From an uncultured Flavobacteriales bacterium (GTDB lineage Bacteria > Bacteroidota > Bacteroidia > Flavobacteriales > BACL11), in the NCBI GenBank assembly GCA_905478185.1, contig CAJQHO010000001.1, positions 17,924 to 81,923 on the forward strand: a stretch of 64,000 bases of DNA, read 5' to 3'. Shown piece after piece: positions 18,063 through 27,919 of the stretch. Both the position numbers and the translations under genes were made by a program. Numbering within the stretch: the first letter of the stretch is position 1; each line of letters opens with the position of its first letter. The notes below the pieces were generated by a model. That model saw only the letters and a program-made list of their open reading frames with translations. It searched no databases and had not been told where the DNA came from.

Positions 18063-19310
18063 TTACTTAGCTACTATTTGCAAAGTATTTCTAGATTTTT
18101 GTTCTAAAATCACATCTTTATTCTTAACAAGACTCTGTACTGACTCACTTGTATAGTGCCTGATAGTGTAAAGCCTTAAACTATCATTAAAAAATACCTC
18201 AAAATCATTTTTTAAATCCTCCAAAAGTCTTGGAACTTTATGAGCATCATTATCAACACAAATAGAAAATGAAACAGCTGAGTTTTGCATCATATTTACT
18301 CTAACACTATGTTTTGATAAAAGCGAAAATATCTTACTCATATGTGTTTCCACAATAAAAGACAATGAAGTATCAGAAATTGAAATCAGAATTTGATTCT
18401 CCTTAACAATATATGATGGTATTTTAGGGCTTGTTGCAATGCCTTCTGAAATTTTAGAACCACTTTCTCTTGACCTAACAAATGACTTAATATACAAAGG
18501 AATACCCTTCTGCTTTAAAGGCTGTATTGTTTTGGGATGTATCACTTTTGCACCAAAATAAGCCAACTCAATTGCTTCATCAAACGAGATTTTATCTAAT
18601 AAAGTAGCGTCACTATAATATTTAGGATCGGCATTCATCATTCCAGGTACATCTTTCCAAATCACAACCTCATCAGCATTTAAAGCAAAAGCCAAAATAG
18701 CTGCTGAAAAATCACTCCCCTCTCTACCTAAAGTTGAGGTAAAGTTTTCAGAAGTACAACCAATAAAACCTTGAGTAACTGAATGTTTTTCTTTAATTTG
18801 ATTATTGACAAAAGAAACAGTAGTTTTCCAATCTACTTTTGCATTTCTGTAAGCATTATCAGTTCTAATTAAATCACGAGCATCAAGCCATTTATTAGCA
18901 AAACCAATTTGATGCAAATAAGCACTCATAATTTTAGTTGAAAGAAACTCCCCAATAGAAACTATTTGATCGTAATCATAGGCATATTCTTGATTTGGAT
19001 CATCTTCCAAAATCCATTCAATCTCAACAAAAAGATTATTTACCTCATCATAAATAGCATGTTTCTCATCAAAAAGTTGTGATAAAATATTGTCATGAAA
19101 ATCTTTAACATCTTGCAATTTCTCAATTGAATCATTAGATTTTGTAACATAGGACTCCACTACTTTTTCAAGCATATTAGTAACTTTTCCCATTGCCGAA
19201 AAAACTACTACTAATTTTTCTGCATCATATGAAAGAAGAATCTCTCCAAGATTCTTAATGCTTTCTACATCTTTAATTGATGCCCCACCAAATTTAAATA
19301 CTTTGTACAT
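18063..19310 (-). CDS. Aspartate kinase (monofunctional)
   Basis: KFGGASI N-terminus, the TLGREGSDFSAA motif and C-terminal ACT-like regulatory region. 415 aa. Confidence 0.9.
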   Translation of the reverse strand: MYKVFKFGGASIKDVESIKNLGEILLSYDAEKLVVVFSAMGKVTNMLEKVVESYVTKSNDSIEKLQDVKDFHDNILSQLFDEKHAIYDEVNNLFVEIEWILEDDPNQEYAYDYDQIVSIGEFLSTKIMSAYLHQIGFANKWLDARDLIRTDNAYRNAKVDWKTTVSFVNNQIKEKHSVTQGFIGCTSENFTSTLGREGSDFSAAILAFALNADEVVIWKDVPGMMNADPKYYSDATLLDKISFDEAIELAYFGAKVIHPKTIQPLKQKGIPLYIKSFVRSRESGSKISEGIATSPKIPSYIVKENQILISISDTSLSFIVETHMSKIFSLLSKHSVRVNMMQNSAVSFSICVDNDAHKVPRLLEDLKNDFEVFFNDSLRLYTIRHYTSESVQSLVKNKDVILEQKSRNTLQIVAK

Positions 19311-19400
19311 TACAGGATTAAAAATCAGCTACAAAGTAAAGATTATTTTCTCATCAAATCCTTTAAATTTTTAGATATTTGCAATCAAATAACACTCAAA

Positions 19401-20591
19401 ATGAAGATTGCATTTTTAACATCTGGAGGAATTGCTCCTTGCTTATCAGCATCAATTGGCCGATTAACTGAAAATTACTTACGAGACTACCCTGATTCAG
19501 AAATTATTGGATACTTAAATGGATACAAAGGCTTGTTATTAGGCAACTCTATCAATTTTCCAAAGTCACTTTTAGGGAATGCTGATAAGTTTTACCAATT
19601 TGGAGGGTCTCCAATAGGAAATAGCCGAGTAAAACTAACTAATATTGAGGATTGCATCAAAAAATCATATATGAAAGAAGGTGAAAATCCACTTGAAGTA
19701 GCAGCCAATCAATTAGTAAAAGATGGGATAACAATACTACATACAATTGGTGGAGATGACACAAACACAACAGCAGCAGATTTATCAAACTACCTAAAAG
19801 AAAATAGTTACAATTTAACTGTAGTTGGTTTGCCAAAAACTGTGGATAATGATGTATTCCCAATCGCACAAACTTTAGGTGCTTGGACGGCAGCAGAACA
19901 AGGAGCAATATTTTTTGAAAATGTAGCAAATGAAAATACAACTTCTGATAGGCAGCTTATAATACATGAAGTAATGGGCAGACATTGTGGTTGGCTAACT
20001 GCAGCTACTGCATTAGCATACCGCAACAGATTAGATAACATCAATTTTATGCCTGAAGTGGGGGTTAGCAAAGAGAAGTGGGAGGTGCACTCGGTATTAT
20101 TACCTGAAGAAGAAATTAACTTTGAGAAAGAATGCGAACGCCTTAATAAAGTAATGGATAAATATGATTGTGTAAATGTATTTTTAAGTGAAGGTGCTGG
20201 AATGGATGTAATTATTACAGAAACTGAAAAAAGTGGAGAAACCGTTTTACGTGATGCCTTTGGACATGTTAGACTTGACGAACTAAACCCAGGACAATGG
20301 TTTGCGAAACAATTAGGAAAACGATTAAACGCTAACAAAGTACTCGTTCAAAAAAGTGGTTATTTTGGAAGATCATCAAAAGCAAATAAAGCTGATTTGG
20401 ATTTAATATTTGAAGTAGCTGATCATGCGGTAGAATCAGCAGTTGCAGGAATAAGTGGAGTTGCAGGATGGGATGAAGAGAACAATAATAAACTTACATG
20501 CATTGACTTTAACAGAATCAAAGGAGGAAAAGCATTTGATGTAAATCAAGATTGGTACAAGAAAATGATGAATGAAATCAAGGCAATATAA
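19401..20591 (+). CDS. 6-phosphofructokinase, predicted pyrophosphate-dependent
   Basis: PFK fold (LTSGGIAPCLS). The specificity positions read TIGGDDT (Asp where ATP-PFKs have Gly) and PKTVDND (Lys where ATP-PFKs have Gly), which is the classical PPi-PFK signature. Confidence 0.8.
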   Translation: MKIAFLTSGGIAPCLSASIGRLTENYLRDYPDSEIIGYLNGYKGLLLGNSINFPKSLLGNADKFYQFGGSPIGNSRVKLTNIEDCIKKSYMKEGENPLEVAANQLVKDGITILHTIGGDDTNTTAADLSNYLKENSYNLTVVGLPKTVDNDVFPIAQTLGAWTAAEQGAIFFENVANENTTSDRQLIIHEVMGRHCGWLTAATALAYRNRLDNINFMPEVGVSKEKWEVHSVLLPEEEINFEKECERLNKVMDKYDCVNVFLSEGAGMDVIITETEKSGETVLRDAFGHVRLDELNPGQWFAKQLGKRLNANKVLVQKSGYFGRSSKANKADLDLIFEVADHAVESAVAGISGVAGWDEENNNKLTCIDFNRIKGGKAFDVNQDWYKKMMNEIKAI

Positions 20592-23500
20592 TTGGGAGCA
20601 CAAGCACCATTACTTACTTATTTTGGAACTCCAAAACAGACTGATTCCTTAAAATCAGCTGTTGAAATTGACAACATAAAAATTCAACTTAAAGGTTTAA
20701 TTGGTTCCTCATTTGCAACAACAGCGAGTGCAGTTGTAAGAGAAAGCAACAAACCTCATCTTTTTATTTTTAGAGATAAGGAAGAAGCATCCTACTTTGT
20801 AAATGACATAGAAAACCTACTCAATAATGAAGTTTTCTTTTTTCCAGCATCATACAGAAGGGCTTACCAATTAGAAGAAACTGATAATGCCAACATCCTT
20901 TTAAGAGCAGAAGTCCTTAACAAACTTAACAATAAAAGAAATCCCATAATTGTAACTTATTCTGAAGCATTATCAGAAAAAGTAGTAAGCAGAAAAGAGC
21001 TTAAAAAACACACCATTACCCTTAAAAAAGGAGAGGATATTGCTATTGAAGATTTGGAAGAAATACTTCAAGACTTACATTTTGAAGCAGTTGATTTTGT
21101 GATTGAAGTAGGGCAATACTCTATAAGAGGAGGAATACTTGATGTTTACTCTTATTCAGATGAATACCCTTTTCGTTTGGAGTTCTTTGATACTGAAATT
21201 GAGAGCATCAGAACTTTTGATGTAAACACTCAGCTATCTCTACACTCTGAAGATAAAATAACAATTATCCCAAATACTGAAGCTAAAAAAAGTACAAATA
21301 CACAAGTAAGTTTTTTAGAATATCTTCCTAGCAATTCTATAATATGGACTAAAGACATCAAATACTCTAAAGGAATACTAACTGATTATTTTGCACGAGC
21401 TGAAGAAGAATATCAAAAGATAAAAGAGAGTGCAATACAGCACTTATACCCAAAATATTTATTTACAAATGGAGTGGATTTTTCAGAAGAACTGAAAAAC
21501 TACTGCATAATTGAAAATGCAAACAACACTTATTTTGATAGCGATAAAACCATAGTAGTAAACACTACTTCATTAACCAAAATTAACAAGCAGTTTGATT
21601 TACTAAAAGAGGATCTATTAAAGAATAAAGAACAAGGATTAGAAAATATTATTCTGTGCTCATCAGATGAGCAGGAAGAAAGATTTAATGCCATATTTAA
21701 ACACTCAGAGGAAGAACTGAATTACAAATGCATCCTATTTTCATTGCATGAAGGATTTATTGACTTTACCAATAAACAAGCAATATATACCGATCATCAG
21801 ATTTTTGACAGGCATCATAAATTTAAATCAAAAACTAAATTTACTGATAAGCAAGCCATAACAATAAAGCAACTTACACAGCTAGAACTTGGTGATTTTG
21901 TAACTCATATTGATCATGGTATCGGAAAATTTGAAGGCCTCCACAAAATTGAAAATAATGGGAAGTATCAGGAGGTAATAAAGCTGACTTATAAAGCTGG
22001 AGACATACTTTACATCAGCATACATTCACTTCATAAAATCGCTAAATTTTCAGGAAAGGAAGGAGGTGTTCCTAAAATCAATCAGTTAGGCTCACCAGTT
22101 TGGAAAAAAACAAAAGCAAAAACAAAAGTAAGAGTAAAACAAATTGCATTTAACCTCATTAACTTATACTCAAAAAGGAAACTGCAAAAAGGATTTGCAT
22201 ACGCACCAGATACTTATTTGCAACATGAGCTGGAAGCTTCATTTATGTATGAAGACACCCCTGACCAAAGCAAAGCAACCATTGCTATAAAAGATGATAT
22301 GGAAAAGGAAATGCCAATGGACAGATTAGTATGTGGAGATGTAGGATTTGGTAAAACTGAAATTGCAATAAGAGCAGCATTTAAAGCGGTAGCGGACAGC
22401 AAACAAGTTGCAGTTTTAGTCCCTACAACTATCTTAGCGCTACAACATTACAAAACATTTAAAAAGAGATTTAAACACTTACCTTGCACGGTTGATTACA
22501 TCAACAGATTTAAAACACCTAAGGAGCAAAGAGAAACACTCGAAAAAGTAGCGAGAGGAGAAATTGATATCCTTATAGGAACACACAGGATAGTAGGGAA
22601 AGATGTGAAATTTTTTGATTTAGGACTAATGATAATTGATGAAGAGCAAAAATTTGGAGTAAATATAAAAGATAAACTCAAGCTATTCAAAGAAAATATT
22701 GACACCCTAACCTTAAGTGCAACTCCTATCCCAAGAACATTACAATTTTCATTACTAGGCGCAAGGGATTTATCACTCATCAATACTCCACCTCCTAACC
22801 GACAGTCGGTAGAAACTAATATTATTGGCTTTAATCAGGAAATAATTCGTGATGCCATAAGTTATGAAATGGCCCGAAACGGACAAATATTTTTTGTACA
22901 CAATCGTATAGAAAACATAAAGGAAGTAGCTGGCTTATTACAAAGGCTATGCCCTGATGCAAAAATAAGAACTGGACACGGACAAATGGAAGGTAAGCAA
23001 TTGGAAGAGCTTATGATTGATTTTATGGAAGGTGATTTTGATGTATTGGTTTCCACCACAATTATTGAAAATGGAGTAGATGTGCCAAATGCCAACACCA
23101 TTATTATTAACAATGCACAGAATTTCGGACTAAGTGATTTGCACCAAATGAGAGGAAGAGTTGGGCGTTCCAATAAAAAAGCATTTTGTTATTTAATTAG
23201 TCCTCCACTCCATACAGTTTCAGAAGAAAGCAGGAAAAGACTTACTGCCTTAGAACAATTCTCAACCTTAGGAAGTGGCTTTAAAATTGCCATGCGTGAT
23301 TTGGACATAAGAGGAGCAGGAGATTTATTAGGAGCCGACCAAAGCGGATTCATTAATGAGATTGGTTTTGAAACCTATCAAAAGATATTGAATGAGGCTA
23401 TTGAAGAACTAAAACAAGAAAAATTCCAAGATTTATTTGAGGAAGAAACAGAACGATTTTATGTAAAAGATTGTGCTTTGGATACTGACCTAGAAATATT

Positions 23501-23915
23501 GATTCCTGACACTTATGTAAGTAACATTAGTGAACGCTTGAACCTTTACAAGGAACTAAATAATTTTACAAAGGAAGAAGAAATCACTGCTTTTATTGAG
23601 AGGTTAAGTGATAGATTTGGTAAAACTCCAAAAGCAATTTATTATGTTTGTGATGCCCTCCGATTAAGATGGTTGGCCAAAGAAATTGGCTTTGAGCGTA
23701 TCATACTTAAAGATGAAAGAATGCGTGCTTATTTCCCTTCAAAAGCAGATTCTCCATACTATAATTCTAATGCATTTAAAAAAGCTTTGGATTATTTAAA
23801 ACACCATTTTGACAGCTGTGAAATGACAGAAAACAAAGGAAAACTTTCTATGAGAATAAAAAATATTTCTGATGTAAAAGGAGCCTTAAAGGTATGTAAG
23901 GAGATAGTAGCTTAA
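20592..23915 (+). CDS. mfd: Transcription-repair coupling factor Mfd
   Basis: 1107 aa with a UvrB-homology N-region, helicase motifs GDVGFGKTE and IIDEEQKFG, and a TRG/C-terminal domain. The only in-frame start is a TTG immediately after the pfk stop codon. Confidence 0.95.
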   Translation: MGAQAPLLTYFGTPKQTDSLKSAVEIDNIKIQLKGLIGSSFATTASAVVRESNKPHLFIFRDKEEASYFVNDIENLLNNEVFFFPASYRRAYQLEETDNANILLRAEVLNKLNNKRNPIIVTYSEALSEKVVSRKELKKHTITLKKGEDIAIEDLEEILQDLHFEAVDFVIEVGQYSIRGGILDVYSYSDEYPFRLEFFDTEIESIRTFDVNTQLSLHSEDKITIIPNTEAKKSTNTQVSFLEYLPSNSIIWTKDIKYSKGILTDYFARAEEEYQKIKESAIQHLYPKYLFTNGVDFSEELKNYCIIENANNTYFDSDKTIVVNTTSLTKINKQFDLLKEDLLKNKEQGLENIILCSSDEQEERFNAIFKHSEEELNYKCILFSLHEGFIDFTNKQAIYTDHQIFDRHHKFKSKTKFTDKQAITIKQLTQLELGDFVTHIDHGIGKFEGLHKIENNGKYQEVIKLTYKAGDILYISIHSLHKIAKFSGKEGGVPKINQLGSPVWKKTKAKTKVRVKQIAFNLINLYSKRKLQKGFAYAPDTYLQHELEASFMYEDTPDQSKATIAIKDDMEKEMPMDRLVCGDVGFGKTEIAIRAAFKAVADSKQVAVLVPTTILALQHYKTFKKRFKHLPCTVDYINRFKTPKEQRETLEKVARGEIDILIGTHRIVGKDVKFFDLGLMIIDEEQKFGVNIKDKLKLFKENIDTLTLSATPIPRTLQFSLLGARDLSLINTPPPNRQSVETNIIGFNQEIIRDAISYEMARNGQIFFVHNRIENIKEVAGLLQRLCPDAKIRTGHGQMEGKQLEELMIDFMEGDFDVLVSTTIIENGVDVPNANTIIINNAQNFGLSDLHQMRGRVGRSNKKAFCYLISPPLHTVSEESRKRLTALEQFSTLGSGFKIAMRDLDIRGAGDLLGADQSGFINEIGFETYQKILNEAIEELKQEKFQDLFEEETERFYVKDCALDTDLEILIPDTYVSNISERLNLYKELNNFTKEEEITAFIERLSDRFGKTPKAIYYVCDALRLRWLAKEIGFERIILKDERMRAYFPSKADSPYYNSNAFKKALDYLKHHFDSCEMTENKGKLSMRIKNISDVKGALKVCKEIVA

Positions 23916-24038
23916 AAGATAGAATCAACCCTTAATCAACAATTAATTCAACTTATCAACAATTTATTTTTTTGATGTGATACACAGCATAAATCCCCTA
24001 GGATTTGAGTAAAATTGCAGTAGTATTAAGAAACTAGA

Positions 24039-25562
24039 ATGTCAGATAAGAGAACCATTAAAAACGCACTAATTTCCGTATTCCATAAGGACGGATTAAC
24101 ACTTATAGTAAAAAAACTAACAGAACTAGGAGTAAATATCTACTCAACTGGAGGTACGCAAAGCTTTATTGAAGAGCAAGGAATTGCTGTAAATCGTGTA
24201 GAAGACCTAACAAGTTATCCATCCATTCTGGGAGGAAGAGTAAAAACTTTACACCCAAATGTGTTTGGTGGAATTTTATCAAGAAGAGAATTAGCGAGCG
24301 ATAAACAGCAATTAGAGCAATACAACATTCCTGAGCTTGACTTAGTAATTGTTGACCTCTACCCTTTTGAAAAAACTGTTGATTCAGGTGCTGCTGAACA
24401 AGATATTATTGAAAAAATTGATATTGGTGGAATTTCATTAATACGGGCTGCTGCAAAAAACTTTAAAGATGTACTTATTGTTTCAGAAATGGAGCAATAT
24501 ACTGAGGCTTTAGAAATACTAAACAACAGTGGTGCTAGCACAACAATGGCTGAAAGAAAGAAATTTGCAGCTACTGCCTTTAATGTTACTTCACATTATG
24601 ACACTGCAATATTCAACTATTTTAATACTGATTATTCAACTGCACTAAAACAAAGTATTAGAGAAAGTAAAGCTTTAAGATATGGGGAAAACCCACATCA
24701 AACAGGAACTTTCTATGGTGATTTAGATGAAATGTTTACTAAACTAAACGGAAAAGAACTCTCGTACAACAACCTTTTAGATGTTGATGCTGCAGTAAAC
24801 TTAATTTCAGAGTTTGATGAAACAACATTTATCGTTTTAAAACATAACAATGCTTGCGGACTAGCAAGTAGAGAAAATTTAGTTGATGCTTGGAATGATG
24901 CCTTAGCTGGAGATCCTACTTCTGCTTTTGGAGGTGTGCTTATCACTAACAAAGAAGTGGATTTAGCAACTGCTACTGAAATTGACAAACTATTCTATGA
25001 AGTATTAATCGCACCTTCATTTGCAACTGATGCCTTAGAATTATTGAAAGGGAAAAAGAACAGAGTCCTTTTACAACAAAACGAGATAAAGATGCCAAAA
25101 GCACAAATAAGAACTGTGCTAAATGGAATGTTGCACCAAGATAAAGACCTTAAAACTGATGTAATTTCTGACATGAAAATTGCAACTAAAGTTGCACCTA
25201 CTGATACTCAATTAACTGATTTAGTATTTGCATCAAAAATATGCAAACACACTAAATCAAATACAATTGTATTTGCAAAAGGAAAGCAATTATTCGCAAG
25301 TGGAGTTGGGCAGACATCAAGAGTAGACGCACTAAAACAAGCAGTTGATAAAGCCAAAAACTTTGGATTTAATTTGAATGGCGCTGTAATGGCATCAGAT
25401 GCATTTTTCCCTTTCCCTGACTGTGTGGAGCTGGCAGATAATGCAGGAATAAAAGCAGTAATACAACCAGGAGGATCAATAAAAGATCAGTTATCAATTG
25501 ATTATTGTGACGCTAACAATATGGCAATGGTACTAACAGGGACAAGACATTTTAAACATTAA
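24039..25562 (+). CDS. purH: Bifunctional AICAR transformylase / IMP cyclohydrolase PurH
   Basis: 507 aa. MGS-like N-domain (ALISVFHKDGL, GGRVKTLHP) and an AICARFT C-domain ending in GTRHFKH. Confidence 0.95.
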   Translation: MSDKRTIKNALISVFHKDGLTLIVKKLTELGVNIYSTGGTQSFIEEQGIAVNRVEDLTSYPSILGGRVKTLHPNVFGGILSRRELASDKQQLEQYNIPELDLVIVDLYPFEKTVDSGAAEQDIIEKIDIGGISLIRAAAKNFKDVLIVSEMEQYTEALEILNNSGASTTMAERKKFAATAFNVTSHYDTAIFNYFNTDYSTALKQSIRESKALRYGENPHQTGTFYGDLDEMFTKLNGKELSYNNLLDVDAAVNLISEFDETTFIVLKHNNACGLASRENLVDAWNDALAGDPTSAFGGVLITNKEVDLATATEIDKLFYEVLIAPSFATDALELLKGKKNRVLLQQNEIKMPKAQIRTVLNGMLHQDKDLKTDVISDMKIATKVAPTDTQLTDLVFASKICKHTKSNTIVFAKGKQLFASGVGQTSRVDALKQAVDKAKNFGFNLNGAVMASDAFFPFPDCVELADNAGIKAVIQPGGSIKDQLSIDYCDANNMAMVLTGTRHFKH

Positions 25563-25574
25563 AAAATAAAGAAT

Positions 25575-26597
25575 ATGGGATGGTTTGATTTTATGCAAGA
25601 AGCAATTGCTATTGATTTAGGAACGGCAAACACACTAATTATTCATAACGGCAAAGTTGTTGTAGATGAACCGTCAATTGTTGCTAAGAATATTAGGACA
25701 GGCGAGATAGTTGCTATAGGTAAAAGAGCTCAACAAATGCACGGAAAAACGCATAAAGAAATAGAAACTTTGCGCCCACTAAAAGATGGAGTAATTGCTG
25801 ATTTCCAATCTTCTGAACAGATGATAAGAGGGTTTATTGATATGATTCAAAAGAAAAGATCACTCTTTTCTCCTGCTTTAAAAATGGTAATTTGTATTCC
25901 CTCAGGAGTAACTGAAGTGGAGAAAAGAGCCGTAATTGATTCAGCAGAACATGCCGGGGCAAAGGATGTGTGGCTGATACATGAGCCTATGGCAGCCGCT
26001 ATCGGAATTGGAATTGATGTATTGGAGCCAAAAGGCAATATGGTAATTGATATAGGTGGTGGAACTACCGAAATTGCAGTCATATCATTAGGAGGTATTG
26101 TTTGTGACAAATCAATAAGAGTTGCTGGAGATGAATTTACTGATAACATTAAAACCTATATGAAAACTAGACATAATATTGCAGTTGGTGATATTATGGC
26201 TGAGCAAATTAAAATACATGTAGGTTCCGCATTAACCGAATTAGAAGAACCACCTGCTAACTACCCTGTACATGGTAGAGATTTAATGAGTGGAATCCCT
26301 AAAGAAGTAATTGTAACTTACAAGGAAATTGCAGGAGCCCTTAACAATTCAATTGAACAAATTGAAGAGGCTGTAATGAGTGCACTATTCAATACTCCTC
26401 CCGCATTATCAGCCGATATTTACAATGAAGGATTGTATTTAACTGGAGGTGGTGCAATGTTAAGAGGACTTGATAAAAGAATTTCAAAGAAAACAAAATT
26501 ACCTGTGTATTTACCGGAAGATCCTTTAAGAGCAGTAGCTAGAGGAACTGGAATTGCTCTTAAAAATACCGATAATTATTCTTTCCTAATTCAATAG
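25575..26597 (+). CDS. mreB: Rod shape-determining protein MreB
   Basis: Actin-fold motifs IAIDLGTANT and DIGGGTTE. 340 aa. Confidence 0.95.
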   Translation: MGWFDFMQEAIAIDLGTANTLIIHNGKVVVDEPSIVAKNIRTGEIVAIGKRAQQMHGKTHKEIETLRPLKDGVIADFQSSEQMIRGFIDMIQKKRSLFSPALKMVICIPSGVTEVEKRAVIDSAEHAGAKDVWLIHEPMAAAIGIGIDVLEPKGNMVIDIGGGTTEIAVISLGGIVCDKSIRVAGDEFTDNIKTYMKTRHNIAVGDIMAEQIKIHVGSALTELEEPPANYPVHGRDLMSGIPKEVIVTYKEIAGALNNSIEQIEEAVMSALFNTPPALSADIYNEGLYLTGGGAMLRGLDKRISKKTKLPVYLPEDPLRAVARGTGIALKNTDNYSFLIQ

Positions 26598-26610
26598 CCG
26601 ATAAGAGCAA

Positions 26611-27423
26611 ATGCATAACCTTATACGGTTTATCAAACTCAATCAATTTCTATTATTATTTATTTTAATAGAAGGGTTTTCAATTACCTTGCTTTTACAA
26701 AACAATAGTTTTCAAGCGGCTAAAACTGTTGAATTCAGCACTCAATATACAAGTGCTTTCTACAATTCATCATCAAGTTTTTCTGACTATTTAGAACTTA
26801 AAGAGATTAATGATTATCTTATTACTGAAAATGCAAAGTTGCATTCTATTACAAATAACATTGAATATTTTACTGATTCTTTATTAATTCAAAATAAAAA
26901 CTACAATTATATTCCAACAAAAGTGATAAACAATTCAGTAAATAAAAGGAATAATTTTATCACCCTAAATAAAGGAAGTAAAAGTGGAATAAAAAATGGG
27001 ATGGGAGTTATTACAAATGAGGGTGTAATTGGTGTAGTGCATTCTGTAAGTAAAAATTATTCCTTAGTACTTTCTCTTTTGCATAAAAAAGCTGCAACAG
27101 GAATTTTTCTTAAAAAGAATATGCATACAGGAATACTAAAATGGCAAGGTTTTGATTACAGAACTGCAGTAATAAATGATTTACCAGTTCATATTCCATT
27201 AAACAAAGGGGATACAATTATTACAAATAGCTACAGCAATATTTATCCTGAAGGAGTAAATATTGGTACAATAGCTAATTTCAAAAAGAATTCAGATGAT
27301 GGCTTTTACACCATAAATATTAGCCTTTTTGAAGATTTTAACAACCTCAAATATGTGTATGTTGTTAATTCTACACAATCAGAAGAACAGCTTAAACTTG
27401 AACAATTAATGAAACATGAATAA
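26611..27423 (+). CDS. mreC: Rod shape-determining protein MreC
   Basis: 270 aa with an N-terminal TM segment. Placed by its position between mreB and mreD and by the beta-rich C-region (GMGVITNEGVIGVV). Confidence 0.8.
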   Translation: MHNLIRFIKLNQFLLLFILIEGFSITLLLQNNSFQAAKTVEFSTQYTSAFYNSSSSFSDYLELKEINDYLITENAKLHSITNNIEYFTDSLLIQNKNYNYIPTKVINNSVNKRNNFITLNKGSKSGIKNGMGVITNEGVIGVVHSVSKNYSLVLSLLHKKAATGIFLKKNMHTGILKWQGFDYRTAVINDLPVHIPLNKGDTIITNSYSNIYPEGVNIGTIANFKKNSDDGFYTINISLFEDFNNLKYVYVVNSTQSEEQLKLEQLMKHE

Positions 27424-27919
27424 GCACTATATAAAATATCTTAGCTTACTGCCTTTATTTGTTTTATTACAAGTATTAGTATTGAATGAAGTTTTATTTT
27501 TCAGTTATCTCAACCCTTATTTATATTTGGCTTTAATACTTAGTTTACCTCTAAAAATACCAAAGTGGTTTTTACTGGTATATGCTTTTTTCTTAGGTTT
27601 TTTTATTGATTTATTTTCAGGAAGTTTAGGGTTTCATTCTACTGCAACTGTTCTTTTAGCTTTTGTAAAACCTGCAATTTCCAGAATAAGTATTCCTCAT
27701 AATATCCTTGGGGATTATGACAAAATATCTATGCCTAAAATTGGAAGTAAATCATTTATCACTTACGCTTTTCTCCTTATTATAATACATAATACAGTAT
27801 TATTTTCTTTAGAACATTTAAGTTTTAGCTTCTCCATATTTGCAAAAATTGTTTCAAGTAGCATCCTTACACTTGTTCTTATTTTAATAATGGAATTGTT
27901 TCAGAATAAAAAGAAATGA
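27416..27919 (+). CDS. mreD: Rod shape-determining protein MreD
   Basis: 167 aa polytopic membrane protein in the mreBCD-mrdA-rodA context. Overlaps both neighbouring genes. Confidence 0.7.
   Translation: MNKHYIKYLSLLPLFVLLQVLVLNEVLFFSYLNPYLYLALILSLPLKIPKWFLLVYAFFLGFFIDLFSGSLGFHSTATVLLAFVKPAISRISIPHNILGDYDKISMPKIGSKSFITYAFLLIIIHNTVLFSLEHLSFSFSIFAKIVSSSILTLVLILIMELFQNKKK

Noticed and set aside
19657-20338. Two minus-strand ORFs (94 and 176 aa) inside the phosphofructokinase gene
   Set aside because: They are antisense shadow ORFs. The plus-strand product carries complete PFK motifs, while the antisense translations have no recognisable features.
23916-24038. Possible ZTP (pfl) riboswitch upstream of purH
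   Set aside because: purH is a classical ZTP-riboswitch target, but the 123-nt spacer is AT-rich and lacks the conserved GC-rich cores (the GGGTCGTGAC... and CCGCCTGGGC-type elements). No pseudoknot-capable segments were seen.
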